A stretch of DNA of 64,000 nucleotides. Source: Prevotella sp. GTDB lineage: Bacteria; Bacteroidota; Bacteroidia; Bacteroidales; Dysgonomonadaceae. The position numbers and the translations under genes were made by a program. The notes beneath the pieces are model-generated. The model worked only from the letters and a program-made list of their open reading frames with translations, made no database searches and was not told where the DNA came from. Shown one piece after another: positions 51,170 through 62,200 of the stretch. Location of the stretch: the NCBI GenBank assembly GCA_031285625.1, contig JAITVV010000081.1, forward strand, positions 121,700 through 185,699, in the 5' to 3' direction. The number at the start of each line of letters is the position of its first letter. Positions within the stretch are counted from its first letter, which is position 1.

Positions 51170-51484
51170 TCGTTTGTGTTATAGATTATTATCTATAGTT
51201 TGTGTGTTAATTATACATTATTGATAATGCAAGTGTTGCAAATTTAAAAAATAATTGTGTAATTTCGTATCCTAATTATTATAAACTATTAAGTTTTCTT
51301 AAAGCACACAAACTTTTATACATAAATATCACTCTGGTAGAGATTTAAAACATATCATCTTTTTATATAAGATAATTTAATAGGTTATATATAAACTTAC
51401 GAAAGGAAATTTCACAAACTTTAAGATTTAGTTTGTTATCTCACATAGCACAACTTTATCTATAATTATATCAGATTATACAAA

Positions 51485-51976
51485 ATGAAAGCCCAAAACG
51501 ACAAGGAAGTTAAAAGGGGTGTAATACAATTTTCACTCTATTTTGTAACATCAGTATTTTTTGCTGTATGTGTTTTTTCAATGTTTATGAAAACCTCATC
51601 TGTTGAGGTATCCAGAATAATGGAAAAAACAGATGTTTATGATAAAACGCAGCAGAAACAAGTTTATCTGACAGAAAAGATAGATTCTATTTTCGTTTTT
51701 ACTAAGCTTTTAAGTTCAAACTCTCAAATCAATCACTCAATGGTACTGACTTCTCTTGCTAATCAGAAAAAGAATGCAATGCAGAATCTGAATGCCATAC
51801 CCGAACGAGATGGTAAGTTGTATAGAAAAATACTCGGTGAGATGGATGTGTTTTTTAATATAAAGGATTCGCTCCAGGCAGCTACTTATGATGAGGATAA
51901 ATATAGAAAAGAGTATATCCGGTGTATGGAAGAAGGCGTGATAATTTCAAGAAGAAATCCAATTTCAGGAAGATAG
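51485..51976 (+). CDS. T6SS-iii single-TM membrane-complex protein (TssQ-like; TssO/TssQ assignment uncertain)
   Basis: N-terminal TM plus helical domain; first of two similar-sized genes before tssP. Confidence 0.65.
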   Translation: MKAQNDKEVKRGVIQFSLYFVTSVFFAVCVFSMFMKTSSVEVSRIMEKTDVYDKTQQKQVYLTEKIDSIFVFTKLLSSNSQINHSMVLTSLANQKKNAMQNLNAIPERDGKLYRKILGEMDVFFNIKDSLQAATYDEDKYRKEYIRCMEEGVIISRRNPISGR

Positions 51977-51979
51977 TAT

Positions 51980-52456
51980 ATGAATAATACCATGAACAGC
52001 AGAGAAAAGATAATGGGGTTTATATATATCCTCATATTCTTCTTATTGGTTAGCGTAGTATGTTGTGTATTGATATTTAATCACAACTCAGACTTCAAAT
52101 CTTTTGCACAAAAAGATTTTGCAATTACAAAAATGGAACGGATTAAGGATTTTCAGGACAAACAAAATACGAAATATATTGTCACCGATTCCCTATTCAA
52201 TAAAATTCGCAAATATAATCCTGCAGTAAAAGCCATTTATGAAGAGAATGAAATAAAGCTGATGCTGAATGATCTCGAAGAAGTGTATAATAAAAACACA
52301 TGGGACAAACGCTACAAAGTATTCTCTCAGATATCGAATTTATACAACATGTGGTATATGGATAAAAAAGAATTGTGGAGCAAGAGAGAGAATATTGCAA
52401 AATTTAAAAAAGGTATAGAAGACTGTCAAATGGGACGTAACAGACGAGGAAATTAA
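51980..52456 (+). CDS. T6SS-iii single-TM membrane-complex protein (TssO-like)
   Basis: N-terminal TM, helical domain, C-terminal 'IEDC'; directly before the PKD gene. Confidence 0.65.
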   Translation: MNNTMNSREKIMGFIYILIFFLLVSVVCCVLIFNHNSDFKSFAQKDFAITKMERIKDFQDKQNTKYIVTDSLFNKIRKYNPAVKAIYEENEIKLMLNDLEEVYNKNTWDKRYKVFSQISNLYNMWYMDKKELWSKRENIAKFKKGIEDCQMGRNRRGN

Positions 52457-52477
52457 TACAATGAAAAACCATTCAAT

Positions 52478-53371
52478 ATGAAGAAAATAGAAAACTCTAA
52501 AATTTATATCATTATTGCTGCTGTAATAGTATGTATATTGGTAGCGCTTGTTATTCGTTACTCATTTAACCAGCGAAATATTCAGGCATTTGTATCCCCC
52601 ACTGAGGTATATGTAAACGAAGAAATCAACTATTCAGACAGTACCATCAGAGCTGAAAAATGGACTTGGGAATTTGGTAATGGAGATGTATCTTTCGGGA
52701 GACAGGGTACATACCAATACGATAAACCGGGTATGTATCAGGTGCGCCTTACAGTAGATGAGATCATGCAAAAAGAATTTTACGTAAATGTAAGAGAAGT
52801 TATAAAAATAGAAAGGGATACATTGGTTAAGATTGTAGCACAGGATGTAGCCTTACAAGGGGAAATGGTGTCCTTCAAGGCTGAAGGTATTGCTAAAGAG
52901 TGGAGATGGTCGTTTGGGGAAACAAAAATGACTGATGCCCGAACCCAGACTGCAATCTATACTTATTCTGAGCCGGGAATTTATCAGGTCGAATTAACTA
53001 CTGACAATACAGAATATCCGGTATTGCATACAATTGAAATATTAGAGGATTATGATGGAACTGACCCTGAAACTGAACTTATACTAATGGGGAACGATAT
53101 CAGGGAAAAATTACAGAATATAGCAGACGGTAAGTCTTTCAATAGTAACTATAACTACATACTGTCGAAGTATTTGTGTGGAAAAAATCATCAGACACAG
53201 GTAAATATTAACAATAATAAATTCAATGATTTCTATTCATATTGTCAGGGATTGAAATTGACAGGAAAGGATAATACTACTATAGTAGAAGTAAAGGTAG
53301 TGATGACTGGAGAATCACCCAACCAATGTGTACAAAAATTAGTCGTTTCTCAATATTCGGCTGACAATTAA
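52478..53371 (+). CDS. tssP: T6SS-iii PKD-domain protein TssP
   Basis: TM plus two PKD repeats ('WTWEFGNG', 'WRWSFGE', 'PG.YQV.L'). Confidence 0.85.
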   Translation: MKKIENSKIYIIIAAVIVCILVALVIRYSFNQRNIQAFVSPTEVYVNEEINYSDSTIRAEKWTWEFGNGDVSFGRQGTYQYDKPGMYQVRLTVDEIMQKEFYVNVREVIKIERDTLVKIVAQDVALQGEMVSFKAEGIAKEWRWSFGETKMTDARTQTAIYTYSEPGIYQVELTTDNTEYPVLHTIEILEDYDGTDPETELILMGNDIREKLQNIADGKSFNSNYNYILSKYLCGKNHQTQVNINNNKFNDFYSYCQGLKLTGKDNTTIVEVKVVMTGESPNQCVQKLVVSQYSADN

Positions 53372-53412
53372 AAAACTTAACACTCTATAAAACAACAACA
53401 AACTATACCACT

Positions 53413-55905
53413 ATGCTGAATAGAAAATATATATCAAAACTACTTTTACTTTGTATCATTCTTTCATATTCTTGTGCCTCGCCAATAAATAGAACCACCC
53501 GTTTTAAGAAAGTCCCTCGCGAGTACTCTCTAAATTATTGCGGAGACAATGTTAAAGGTCCTAACACAGACTATAATAAAGAGGTCTGGATTGTTTTTTC
53601 CAGTAAAGAAGGAAATTATACCCTACAAAATCCCGGAGGAGTTGTAAAATATAAGAAGACAAAGTTCATGGAATCTTTCTTTGTGATCAAAGAAAAGGGT
53701 GAATACCTTTGTCTGGTTAAGTATGATCCTCAATTGAATGGAAATGATCTGACCAGAACGAAAATAAAAAACAGGGATAATGCACAGTATTATGGTTGGA
53801 TGAACAAGGCTGATCTTTTACTGTCGAGGCAATCCGTGACAGATATTGCAACAGGGTTTAAAACAAAATCTTTAAGCATTATATCAGATACAATGGCTAT
53901 CGCCCATGCGGATATTTTTATCAAAAACGATTCTATTCAAACATTTAAAGATGACAAACTATCAATAGAAGGAAATAAAATTCCTCTTCATGAGCTTATT
54001 TATACTGTAAAATATTCTGATGACAGGAAGAAGAAACTGATGGCAACCAAGGCTACAATCAGTCCTGATAGCGTAGATAATGAAGTATTAGGATGGGTTC
54101 CTGCATATTTAACTTATGATATCGGGCAACGGTTACATATAAATACAGATAAGATGCCGAGCCACCTATTGTCTTTCAAAACAAAAGAGCAGTCAGATTT
54201 ACTTCCTGTGTCGCAGGACAACATGGGTTATATCCATACTACCTATCGCGAAAATGCATTGAAATATGCCCCTGTTCATCAATATCGCAACAGTTCGGAT
54301 ATGGTGTCATTCAAGGCATCCTTGCCGATGCCGTTAACAAGACGAAGTTCATATTATGTACTCAATGTTGATGGGGAAAAGATTAGTTTCAACCAATTCA
54401 AAAAATGGGAAAAAGACCTTCGCAAAATAAATATAATATTTGTGCTCGAAGGCAAGAAGTTGGTAATAGATTCATATAACAAAGTATTAAATGCTGTACA
54501 AAACTTGCAGCCAATGTTTGATACTGAAAATGATATGTACGAATATAAGTTTGGTGCTGTGATGGCTTTTCAGGGGCAGAGTCCTGTTTCTCCGCTTATT
54601 AAGAAGCTAGACCTGACTGATTCTTACTTCGATCTGATCAACTTTATGAATGAAGAGGAAGATAATATGCATAACTACAAGCCTCTAAGCTCCAGGAATA
54701 CATGGTCTGCGCTGGAAACTGCCGCTAATCTGATATATCCTTCGCATAATGATGAAACAAATATTATCATCATCATAGGTGAGGCAGGAAGTGTATATAA
54801 CGAAGACGATGCTAATTCTTATTCGGAAGAAATGCGGCAATCCCTTATGGACAAAATTGCAGATGCAAACGCACGTGTCTTAGGTTTTCAGCTCTTTGGT
54901 GAAAAAACAAACGCAGGAAATAATTTTGTACTACAAGTATCCAGCCTGATAGATAACTATGCATACAGAACTATGTATACGAAAAGAGAAAAAATCGTAT
55001 ATACTGATCAATTAGTCTCTCAAAATAAATTTAAAGAACGCTCAAAGAATATTTATTCTCTTGATTTTCCGGCTAATAGTATGACTCAGGGTTGGATATT
55101 ATTTCCGCAAAAAGATGCCGATCAACCTCTAAACAGTCTTATCACTTCAATAGATACACTGATTATTGATGTTAAAAAAGATAATGATTGCATACTCAAT
55201 AATCTGGACAGGGCGTTCAAAGAATTGGGTAAATACAGGACACAATTAGACTCGGTATGGATAGACTATCATAATGTAAATATGCCAGACAAAAAAAGTA
55301 TGGTAGATGCAAAATATCCAATGTGGTATCTGCCTTCTCAAACAACAATATTTGATAATACTATCAATGAAGAAATTGACTACAAATTGCTATTATCAGA
55401 CAATGAATTTAAAGACCTGATGGATTTTCTTCAAAGAATAAGTGCCAACGAAGTAGACTATACCTACAAGGGAAAGAAAAAAGAGGCGAAAGATATTTGT
55501 AATTGCCCCGACGATTATATTATAGACGAATCGGAAATTGTTGTCGGCAATGCTGAGTTCATGAATACCAAGAAAATCAGAAACTCTCTCTATGATTTAT
55601 ATTCTAGCTTATTAAATGAATGCAGAATATGTACTCCGGATAATAATGTACAGAAAAATTATACTTTAGCTGACATTCAATTAAAAATAACAGGTTGTCC
55701 ATCTTCTACACCTCAGCTGAACAAATATATCCTTAATGATATAAAAGACCGTAAAAAAATACCGGATGGTGAGTTACAACAATTGATCCTTTATTTTAAA
55801 GATAAAAAAGAGAATTTAGAAAATCTTTTAGCTACAAAGAAGCTTTATAAGTTCGAATCTAATGGTGAAAACTATTATTGGATATCACAAGACTTATTGC
55901 CTTGA
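53413..55905 (+). CDS. tssR: T6SS-iii TssR lipoprotein (vWA-like domain)
   Basis: Lipobox 'SYSC', 'WIVFS', 'YYGW', 'INIIFV', 'SMTQGW'; follows tssP. Confidence 0.8.
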   Translation: MLNRKYISKLLLLCIILSYSCASPINRTTRFKKVPREYSLNYCGDNVKGPNTDYNKEVWIVFSSKEGNYTLQNPGGVVKYKKTKFMESFFVIKEKGEYLCLVKYDPQLNGNDLTRTKIKNRDNAQYYGWMNKADLLLSRQSVTDIATGFKTKSLSIISDTMAIAHADIFIKNDSIQTFKDDKLSIEGNKIPLHELIYTVKYSDDRKKKLMATKATISPDSVDNEVLGWVPAYLTYDIGQRLHINTDKMPSHLLSFKTKEQSDLLPVSQDNMGYIHTTYRENALKYAPVHQYRNSSDMVSFKASLPMPLTRRSSYYVLNVDGEKISFNQFKKWEKDLRKINIIFVLEGKKLVIDSYNKVLNAVQNLQPMFDTENDMYEYKFGAVMAFQGQSPVSPLIKKLDLTDSYFDLINFMNEEEDNMHNYKPLSSRNTWSALETAANLIYPSHNDETNIIIIIGEAGSVYNEDDANSYSEEMRQSLMDKIADANARVLGFQLFGEKTNAGNNFVLQVSSLIDNYAYRTMYTKREKIVYTDQLVSQNKFKERSKNIYSLDFPANSMTQGWILFPQKDADQPLNSLITSIDTLIIDVKKDNDCILNNLDRAFKELGKYRTQLDSVWIDYHNVNMPDKKSMVDAKYPMWYLPSQTTIFDNTINEEIDYKLLLSDNEFKDLMDFLQRISANEVDYTYKGKKKEAKDICNCPDDYIIDESEIVVGNAEFMNTKKIRNSLYDLYSSLLNECRICTPDNNVQKNYTLADIQLKITGCPSSTPQLNKYILNDIKDRKKIPDGELQQLILYFKDKKENLENLLATKKLYKFESNGENYYWISQDLLP

Positions 55906-56063
55906 TAAAGATATCGGATAGTAGATAAAAAATTGATATACAGATAGCTCTGTTGCGTTTTAACATTTATATAATAAAACTTAATATTTTGTCAAAATGT
56001 AACAAAGAGCCGGATCTTAATATTATATTTGGAATACTTTAACACAATAAATTACACATTAGT

Positions 56064-57872
56064 ATGTCTTATCTTAATACCGTAGATACGTCTGTTTCTA
56101 TTGCAGGAGCAGAATGTCACTTCGTAAAAATGACCCTGAAACAGGGCTTCAATTCTCATCATACGTTTGAGGTAGAAGTAAACTATGAAGAGCTGGACGG
56201 AAAATGGATGGAAAATCCTGTAAAAATGATTCAAATGATTGGTGACGAAGTTGTCATTGCGATGAAGCATAAAGTAACAGGAGAAGAAAATCTTTTTTCA
56301 GGAATTATCACGGATGTGTCAATGGTTGGCAATCATGGACAGAATAATAACATTATTATATCCGGATGTAGCCCGACCATCAGACTTGAGGGAAAAAAGA
56401 CTTTAGATTCTTTTATGGATAAATCGTTGGATCTGATAGCAAAAGAAACCGTAGCAAACTCCGGTAATGGTTCTGAGGTCACTATTGATCCGGTATTTAC
56501 AGAAAAAATAAGCTATATATGCCAACATAATGAAACTGCTTTTGAGTTTCTCAACCGGTTGAGTTGGTTATATGGTGAGTGGTTCTTCTATGATGGTGCA
56601 AAAACATATTTTGGAAAGCCGGAAATGGGTGATGAAACGGAAATCACTTATGACGTAGAGATGGATCATTTTAATCTTACCGCAAGGCTCATTCCATCAA
56701 AAGTTAATCGCCACGATTATCTGCCCCAAGACGATAAAGAAGTTGAAACAGAAGCTCCTGAAACAGTGGATGGAGTGAGAGGTTATATCAAGGCTGCCTT
56801 AGATAAGTCTTATTCTATATACACTTCCAATGCAGAACTACATATGGAGTCTCTGATTGCTTCCCAGCAAGACTTGGAAAACCTGATTAAGGTGGAAAAA
56901 TCGAGAGATGTAGGTAGCATGCTGGTACTGAAAGGAAATACCAAAACATGTAAACTAAAAATAGGAAAGGTCGTGCAGGTAAAACTTCCTTCTACAATGC
57001 CTGTTACAGTAAAAGATGTAGAAAAATTCCTGATCACGGAGATAGAACATACTGTTGATGAAAAAGGTTATTACAGAAACAAATTTGAAGGAATACCGGC
57101 TGATATAGAAAATATACCCATGGAGGCTATCCCTACTCCAATAGCCAATCCTCAGATAGCTACAGTAAAAGATAATGCAGACCCTTTTGGCAGGGTGAAA
57201 GTACAACTGCAATGGCAAAAAAAGAAACAACTTACCACAAACTGGCTTCGGGTGCAGACTCCTGATGCAGGTAGTAGCGACAAAGTTTCCAGCAATAGGG
57301 GATTCGTTTTTGTTCCTGAGACGGGAGATATGGTGATGATAGGATTCGAATACGGAGATCCTAGCCGACCATTTGTTATGGGTAGTTTGCTTACTACCAA
57401 AACAGGAGTTGGCGGTGGTGATGGCAACAAAACAAAAAGTATGACTACCCGTAGTGGTAGTACTGTCAAGCTCGACGATTCGACCGGAAATGTATTGATC
57501 GCCGATCAGACAGGTAACAACTTTATGACCATCGATGGTACTGATAAGATTACAATCTCGACTGCGAAAACCATTGAAATAACCAATGGTAAATCTGCAA
57601 TGGTAATCGATGACGAAACAATCGTTATCTCATCTAAGACTATTGTGATCGAAGGAGGAGAGGTGGCTACTATGGTAAGTGGTAAAGAAGCCATGATTGT
57701 TTCGGGTAAAGAGTCAATGGCTGTGGTCGATGGTACTGCTGTAACTGTAAATGCCAGTGCTAAAGTCGGTGTAATTGGTGGAGAAGAAGCTGAATTGACT
57801 AGTCCCAAGGCAGTAATTAATGGAGATAATAATCTTGATATTACAAGTGGATTGGTAAAAATAAATTCATAA
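56064..57872 (+). CDS. tssI: T6SS spike VgrG
   Basis: 'QHNETAFEFLNRL', 'DPFGRVKV', 'WLRV', 'FVPETGD.V..GFE.GD..RP'; TATATTTG box at 56024. Confidence 0.93.
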   Translation: MSYLNTVDTSVSIAGAECHFVKMTLKQGFNSHHTFEVEVNYEELDGKWMENPVKMIQMIGDEVVIAMKHKVTGEENLFSGIITDVSMVGNHGQNNNIIISGCSPTIRLEGKKTLDSFMDKSLDLIAKETVANSGNGSEVTIDPVFTEKISYICQHNETAFEFLNRLSWLYGEWFFYDGAKTYFGKPEMGDETEITYDVEMDHFNLTARLIPSKVNRHDYLPQDDKEVETEAPETVDGVRGYIKAALDKSYSIYTSNAELHMESLIASQQDLENLIKVEKSRDVGSMLVLKGNTKTCKLKIGKVVQVKLPSTMPVTVKDVEKFLITEIEHTVDEKGYYRNKFEGIPADIENIPMEAIPTPIANPQIATVKDNADPFGRVKVQLQWQKKKQLTTNWLRVQTPDAGSSDKVSSNRGFVFVPETGDMVMIGFEYGDPSRPFVMGSLLTTKTGVGGGDGNKTKSMTTRSGSTVKLDDSTGNVLIADQTGNNFMTIDGTDKITISTAKTIEITNGKSAMVIDDETIVISSKTIVIEGGEVATMVSGKEAMIVSGKESMAVVDGTAVTVNASAKVGVIGGEEAELTSPKAVINGDNNLDITSGLVKINS

Positions 57873-57875
57873 TAA

Positions 57876-59231
57876 ATGGGTACATCAGTAGCACAGGAAT
57901 TTTATAAAGTTCAGGATTGCTGGAAAGAGATAGATCAAAATAAGAAGTGGAAACTAGCTATTTGGTCTGTCGGATTTCAGGATGTGGATATTATCGATAA
58001 ATTTATCGGGGTAGAGACTTCCCCACTCGGTAAATTTGAAGATATATTCTTTCATTTCGAAACAGAATATAAAGGTGATGATGATGTATTTGAAGAAGCA
58101 TTATATAAAGAATATGTATCTTGGTTTGCCCCCAACGGCAAACCCGACGAAATACTGGATGCATTACGAAACGACGGATTGTTGATTTCAGAATATCAGC
58201 CAAACAAACGATTGAAAGGTACAGTTGAGAATCTATGGAAAGAAATGGTACGTTTCAAATCCTGTATCAAGGACTCTGATAAATTCCACTTTTGTGCTTA
58301 TTTTCAGCCACCCCGTACCGATGGTGAAGATTTGACCGACTGGTTTAAAGCTACTATCAAGCAAGATATACCTGATGGAATACGTTTGGTCACTATCGAT
58401 TATGCAGAACAAAGAAAAGTAAATATACGTGCATCATCCAAGGTTGTTATATTAAAGCCCCAACTCAATATGATAGAAGCCCTTAATAATGAAATTGAAA
58501 AGGGAAGCTATATCAGTAATACAGTTGGTGCGGACGGACGATACAGACAGCAGGTCAGAACAGTTATAAACTGCTCTCAATCTGCAAATACCACACAAAT
58601 GGATAAAGAGGTGGGAAAGCTTCTGGATATATCTAAAGAAATGACCGATATAACCACCATTGTGGGAACATATATGATCGCAGCTCAGGCATACTTCTAC
58701 ATACGAAACAATGAAAAGAGCGATAAGTATGCAGATCAGACTATTACTGAATGCGAAAAGGAAATGAAAGCTGATCCTGCAACAAACCTGTATCCTATCT
58801 GGAGAGGAGCTGTTATGCTAAAGGCAGCAAATTTGTTAGGACGCAAAGAGCGAAAAAAAGCAATCGGCTTATACGAAAAAATGGCCGAAGAAGCCATTAA
58901 TAGGGCCGATACTTTCTTCATCATGGAAGGATATCGCCTGATAGGATATATATATTATGAACTAAACCAATTGACAAAAGCTTTTGAGAATACCTTATTA
59001 GCTGTAGCTGCCGGAGCTTATTTAAGTGAGGATGTAATAAAACAATCCACATTTGTACAAGCTGCTAATCTGGCACTGCTACTCGCCGAAAAAATCCGTA
59101 GCCCGGAGGATGTAAAAGTTATAGAAGAGCAATTTGAAGATTGGTTCGGCAAAGACTGGGAGTCATTGATCAAAAATGATAATACCAGTAAATCTAAGAT
59201 CAGACGCAAAGCATCTATATTTAGCAAATAA
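57876..59231 (+). CDS. Hypothetical alpha-helical (TPR-like C-half) protein between vgrG and rhs; putative effector adaptor
   Basis: 451 aa, no signal peptide, 3 nt after the vgrG stop. Confidence 0.6.
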   Translation: MGTSVAQEFYKVQDCWKEIDQNKKWKLAIWSVGFQDVDIIDKFIGVETSPLGKFEDIFFHFETEYKGDDDVFEEALYKEYVSWFAPNGKPDEILDALRNDGLLISEYQPNKRLKGTVENLWKEMVRFKSCIKDSDKFHFCAYFQPPRTDGEDLTDWFKATIKQDIPDGIRLVTIDYAEQRKVNIRASSKVVILKPQLNMIEALNNEIEKGSYISNTVGADGRYRQQVRTVINCSQSANTTQMDKEVGKLLDISKEMTDITTIVGTYMIAAQAYFYIRNNEKSDKYADQTITECEKEMKADPATNLYPIWRGAVMLKAANLLGRKERKKAIGLYEKMAEEAINRADTFFIMEGYRLIGYIYYELNQLTKAFENTLLAVAAGAYLSEDVIKQSTFVQAANLALLLAEKIRSPEDVKVIEEQFEDWFGKDWESLIKNDNTSKSKIRRKASIFSK

Positions 59232-59268
59232 GCTGACTAAGATATTTTTACCTTAACACGTTTTACAT

Positions 59269-62200
59269 ATGAGTTTACCTACCGCCAGCCGGACCTTTGG
59301 CGAACTATTTGGAGATGCCAAGTCCACACTGGATAAGATACAGAAAAAGATGGCAAGTATATTGCCGTCGATGCCCGGACAACCCGTAGGAAAGTTTTTC
59401 GATCTGGCTATTGGTATTGACTTTCATGCCACCACATGGCCTGCATTACCGATTTGTCCTGTACCACACATTGGTATGATTTTCGACTTGATGGCGGCTA
59501 TAGTTAGTGCCGTATCTTCAGCATTGCCATCACCGCCTCCGCCTCCTGAAGACGGGTCACCGGCACCTTTTTCGCTGGCTGATGCAGCTTGTGGGCTTAT
59601 AAAGGGTATGGCACCTTCAGTTAAAGTACACGGACAATGGATTGCTCAGGCAGGGATACCGATCGTACATTTGCCGGGTTTCATCCTGCATATACCTTTC
59701 CCTATTGTGGCTCCTATGTCAGAGTCAGAGATGTGGATGGGTAGCTCCACAGTATTGGCTGATGGAGGGCCTTGTTCTACACAATTCCATCCGGCCCTGT
59801 CTTGTAACAGTGTAGGCTTTCCGCCACCGCCACCAAGGCATCCCGGTATATTTAAGGCACCTAAAAAATCATTGATGGCCCCTACATCTCTTTTGAGCAT
59901 AATCACCTCATCGGGTAATCCGGTGTTGGTGGGTGGCCCTCCTACGATAGACCTTTTCCAGCTGATGGTGAAACTCGGGATAAAAGGATTGGGAAAAATG
60001 TGGTCTAAAACAAAATTATCCAAGATGCTCAGTGAGGCTATTGAGAACAGTCCATTGGGTAAAATACAGAAGAAAATAAATTGTATACTCTTCGGTGAGC
60101 CTGTAGATGCTGCAACCGGAAGGGTGTATACAAACAATATTGATTTTGAACTACCGGGTCCTATACCTATCCAATGGGAACGAACCTATTACAGCGATGC
60201 TGAGGTGAGCGGGCCATTAGGTTACAACTGGCACCACCGCTATAATATGGGTATCTTAAATGTTGGCGGATGCTTTGCACTGCGACATAGCGATGGCAGG
60301 GAATCAGCACTTCCGGAACTGATTCAAGGAGAATCTTATTTCGACAGGAAAGAACAACTGGCCTGGTCTAAAGATGAAAATGGGTATTGGCTGGAGGATG
60401 CAGCCGGGCTCCTTTACCGATTCGAAGGGCCTAAAAACAGACATGGCTATCAGATGTTATCCTCCATCAATACAAAGGATGGTTTCTCTGTCCGTTTCAG
60501 GTACGATGGCAAAGGAGACTTATTCCAGATTATCGACTCACGTGAACAGAAGGTAAATATTGATACTGACAACGAAGGACGCATTGTCCAGATATCTGTT
60601 TTCAGGAAAGAAGATGAACAGGAGATTCATCTTGTACGATATAAATATGATAATACGGGCAATATGGTTGAGACCATTGATGCCCTGAATGTAAGTAAGT
60701 ATTTTGTATATGACGGACATTTGCTGACCAAGCTCACCAACCAGAGCGGGTTAAGTTTTCACTGGGAATACAAGGGTAAAGGGAACAAAGCCCGTTGTGT
60801 TCATACCTGGGGAGATGACGGCGTATTGGAATATTGGATGGAGTACAAAAAGGGACTTACCACCACACGTGACAACCGTGGATATACGACTGAATACTAT
60901 CATGATGAAAGAAGCCTGATATATAAGATCATTGATGCCAACGGAGGTGTTACCCGCCGGGAATATAATGACGAACAGGAGCTGGAAGTTATCGTCAATC
61001 CGGAAGGTATTTCGCGAAAGTTTATATACAATGATTTCGGTAAGATAGTACAACGTATTGACGGTAATGGTGAACAAACCACTTACAAATATGACGAAAA
61101 CCGTAATATCACACAAGTAACCAGCCCCGGAGGTGCATCGTTGCATTGGGAGTATGACCATTACGGACGGATAATCAAACGGACCACCCTTGCCGGAAAC
61201 AAGCTGTCCTATCATTACGATGGAGCATTACTGGAAAGTATTACAGATACTGACGGAAACTCTTTCCGGTTCAGATATAACCAATACAACGACCTGGAGG
61301 AATTGCTTTACCCGGCAGGAATTTCCCGTCGGTGGGAATATGATAGCCTGGGACACCTATTACTGGCAGAAGACGTAAAAGGAAATATAACTACACTGGA
61401 ATATGATAAGGCAGGTAATGTAACCAAGTTGACAGAAGCCGACGGAAACGTACATTCCTTTACTTATGATAAATCCGGGAACCTGATCAAGGCGAAAGAT
61501 AAACTGAGGGAAGTAGCCTTTGCCTACGGCCCTATGGGTATTATGAAAAGCCGTAGTCAGAATGGTAAGAGCGTACATTTTGATTATGACAATTACCTTC
61601 AGCTGCATACTATTGTTAATGAGGGTAAAGAAAAATATACCTTCGAACTGGACGGACTGGGACAAGTAGTCAAAGAAACCGGGTTTGATGATATACAGCG
61701 TGAATATATACGCGACAATGCCGGACGCGTAACAAAAGTACTACGCCCCGAGGGACGCTGGACAAGCTATTTGTACGATGGTACTGGAAATGTAGTGAAG
61801 GAAGAACAGTATGACGATACTTTTACTGCCTATCACTACAATGCGGACGGTATGCTGATAGAAGCCCTCAACGAAGAAGGCAAGATAGTAATGAAGCGCG
61901 ACCGAACCGGGCGTATTACACAGGAAATACAAGGTGGGCAGACGATTAACCGCCTCTATAATAAAAAAGGGTTCTGTACGCAGCTCACCAGTTCGTTGGG
62001 CGCTGATATCCGTATGGATTACGATAAATATGGCGATCTGGAGTCTATGCAGGCGAGTGACTCGTGGCGTGCTGACTGGACACGCGATAATACCGGTCTT
62101 GAGCTACACCGCCAACTGACGGGAGGGATACATATACATACCGGGCGTGACAACTTCGGGCGTGAAACCCGAAAAAGCATCGGCGTAAACTCCATAGAGC

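Noticed and set aside
39080-57872. Prophage tail or extracellular contractile injection system
   Set aside because: ClpV and the TssN/O/P/R membrane complex are present, and capsid, tape-measure and lysis genes are absent; this indicates a T6SS.
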